The translations under genes and the position numbers were made by a program. Below, piece by piece: positions 63,896 to 64,000 of a DNA stretch of 64,000 nucleotides. The notes beneath the pieces were generated by a model. The model was not told the DNA's origin. It did no database searches and was given only the letters and a program-made list of their open reading frames with translations. This DNA comes from Negaprion brevirostris (lineage: Eukaryota), in NCBI GenBank assembly GCA_030324005.1, contig JARDVH010000193.1, positions 95,988,751 through 96,052,750 of the forward strand, given 5' to 3'. Positions within the stretch are counted from its first letter, which is position 1; every line of letters begins with the position of its first letter.

Positions 63896-64000
63896 CTGGA
63901 ATCTGAGTGAACAGGGCCACCTAAAATGGTGTGTCCTTAACCAGTCAGATTTAAGCAAAAGGAAATAAAGAAAGGATTTCAGTAGGAGAGCAAATTAAGG

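Overview
Vertebrate, AT-rich, almost entirely intronic DNA from a gapped draft assembly (about 16 N-runs). The repeat content (HE1/V-SINE-like SINEs, CR1, L2 and Rex1/Babar LINEs, Deu-domain SINE remnants) points to a cartilaginous fish; that assignment is inference. The only host coding sequence I can support is one 132-bp internal exon of Dachshund homolog 2 (DACH2) at 26786-26917 (+), so the window is that exon plus parts of two very long introns. The other listed ORFs are chance ORFs, N-gap read-throughs or decayed transposon fragments. The most notable non-obvious items are: (1) minimal type I hammerhead ribozyme motifs in Penelope-like termini, including a core-intact copy at 60857-60892 inside a 160-bp insert with a GAATTC target-site duplication; (2) an old gag-less Ty3/Gypsy provirus (about 52505-56885, -) with recognisable LTRs, PBS and PPT and three nested insertions; (3) Harbinger-like MITEs with 3-bp TSDs and an internal third TIR, plus a Myb/SANT ORF remnant; (4) SINE-LINE tail sharing and tail swapping; (5) repeat-free, motif-dense blocks that are candidate DACH2 conserved enhancers. 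I found no evidence of a wholly new biological system. Element names come from recalled family features, not database searches, and repeat boundaries are approximate unless a TSD is quoted.
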